The translations under genes were made by a program, and so were the position numbers. A stretch of DNA of 47,041 bases from Octopus bimaculoides (taxonomy: Eukaryota): assembly GCF_001194135.2 (NCBI RefSeq), contig NC_068983.1, positions 86,648,886-86,695,926 on the forward strand, in the 5' to 3' direction. Shown piece after piece: positions 46,712 to 47,041 of the stretch (the stretch's first letter is position 1; each line of letters starts with the position of its first letter). A model generated the notes under the pieces. It worked only from the letters and a program-made list of their open reading frames with translations, searched no databases and had not been told where the DNA came from.

Positions 46712-47041
46712 ATTGTGATGATGATTGTGATGGTGGGGTGGTGATTATGTTGTTGATGGCGGTGGTGGTGTTGGTGGCTGCGGTGCTGCTAATAATGATG
46801 ATGACAGTGGTAGTGGCACTGATGGTGTTGTTGTTTTTTGCTGGTGGTGATGCTGACGATGTTGGTGATGACGACGGCAGTGGTACTCTTGTAAGTACTG
46901 AAGATGGAGAAGACGTAGCTGTTTATACTGATGCAGCGTGAAGTGTGGTTGGATGAAAATGGCACAGATGGTGATGAGGTGGCGGTGGCGTAGGCGGAGG
47001 TGGTAGCAGCGGTGAAGGCGATGATGGTATTGATGGAAGAG
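46125..47041. repeat. (GAT)(AAT)(TG) runs and a terminal (GAT/GGT) low-complexity region
   Basis: Direct runs at 46125-46258, 46500-46560 and 46660-47041. Confidence 0.85.

Noticed and set aside
398-47041. Dozens of ORFs rich in HT, CV, YI, poly-M/D/H/T/S or X
   Set aside because: They are direct translations of di-, tri- and tetranucleotide microsatellites or N-gaps, with no domain content.

Overview
A repeat-dominated, AT-rich animal genomic window with six N-gaps. It is most likely octopus (coleoid cephalopod), inferred from its tRNA-derived SINE families and extreme microsatellite load. I could not identify any intact protein-coding gene, rRNA, tRNA or CRISPR array. Almost every ORF in the supplied track is a translation of a microsatellite or an N-gap. 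Recognisable content: (1) more than 25 copies of one ~210-bp tRNA-headed SINE (family A), plus two CORE-like SINE families (B, C) and a fourth SINE-like repeat. (2) A 713-bp hAT MITE with TIRs and an 8-bp TSD (7626-8338). (3) An internally deleted pogo/Tigger-like transposon retaining its HTH and a C-terminal PHD finger (12406-13666). (4) A decayed Chapaev3-like transposase (13760-15142). (5) A Penelope GIY-YIG fragment (18455-18811). (6) Non-LTR fragments at 32.8-37.0 kb: HERO-like, CR1-group, and two R4/Dong-like REL fragments tied to (AAT)n tracts. (7) Several minisatellites. A few splice-site-bounded, GC-richer unique islands (2952-3033 minus; 22643-22840, 43101-43140 and 45298-45396 plus) may be exons of an unrecognised long-intron gene or lncRNA. 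All protein-family assignments come from recalled motifs, not database searches.
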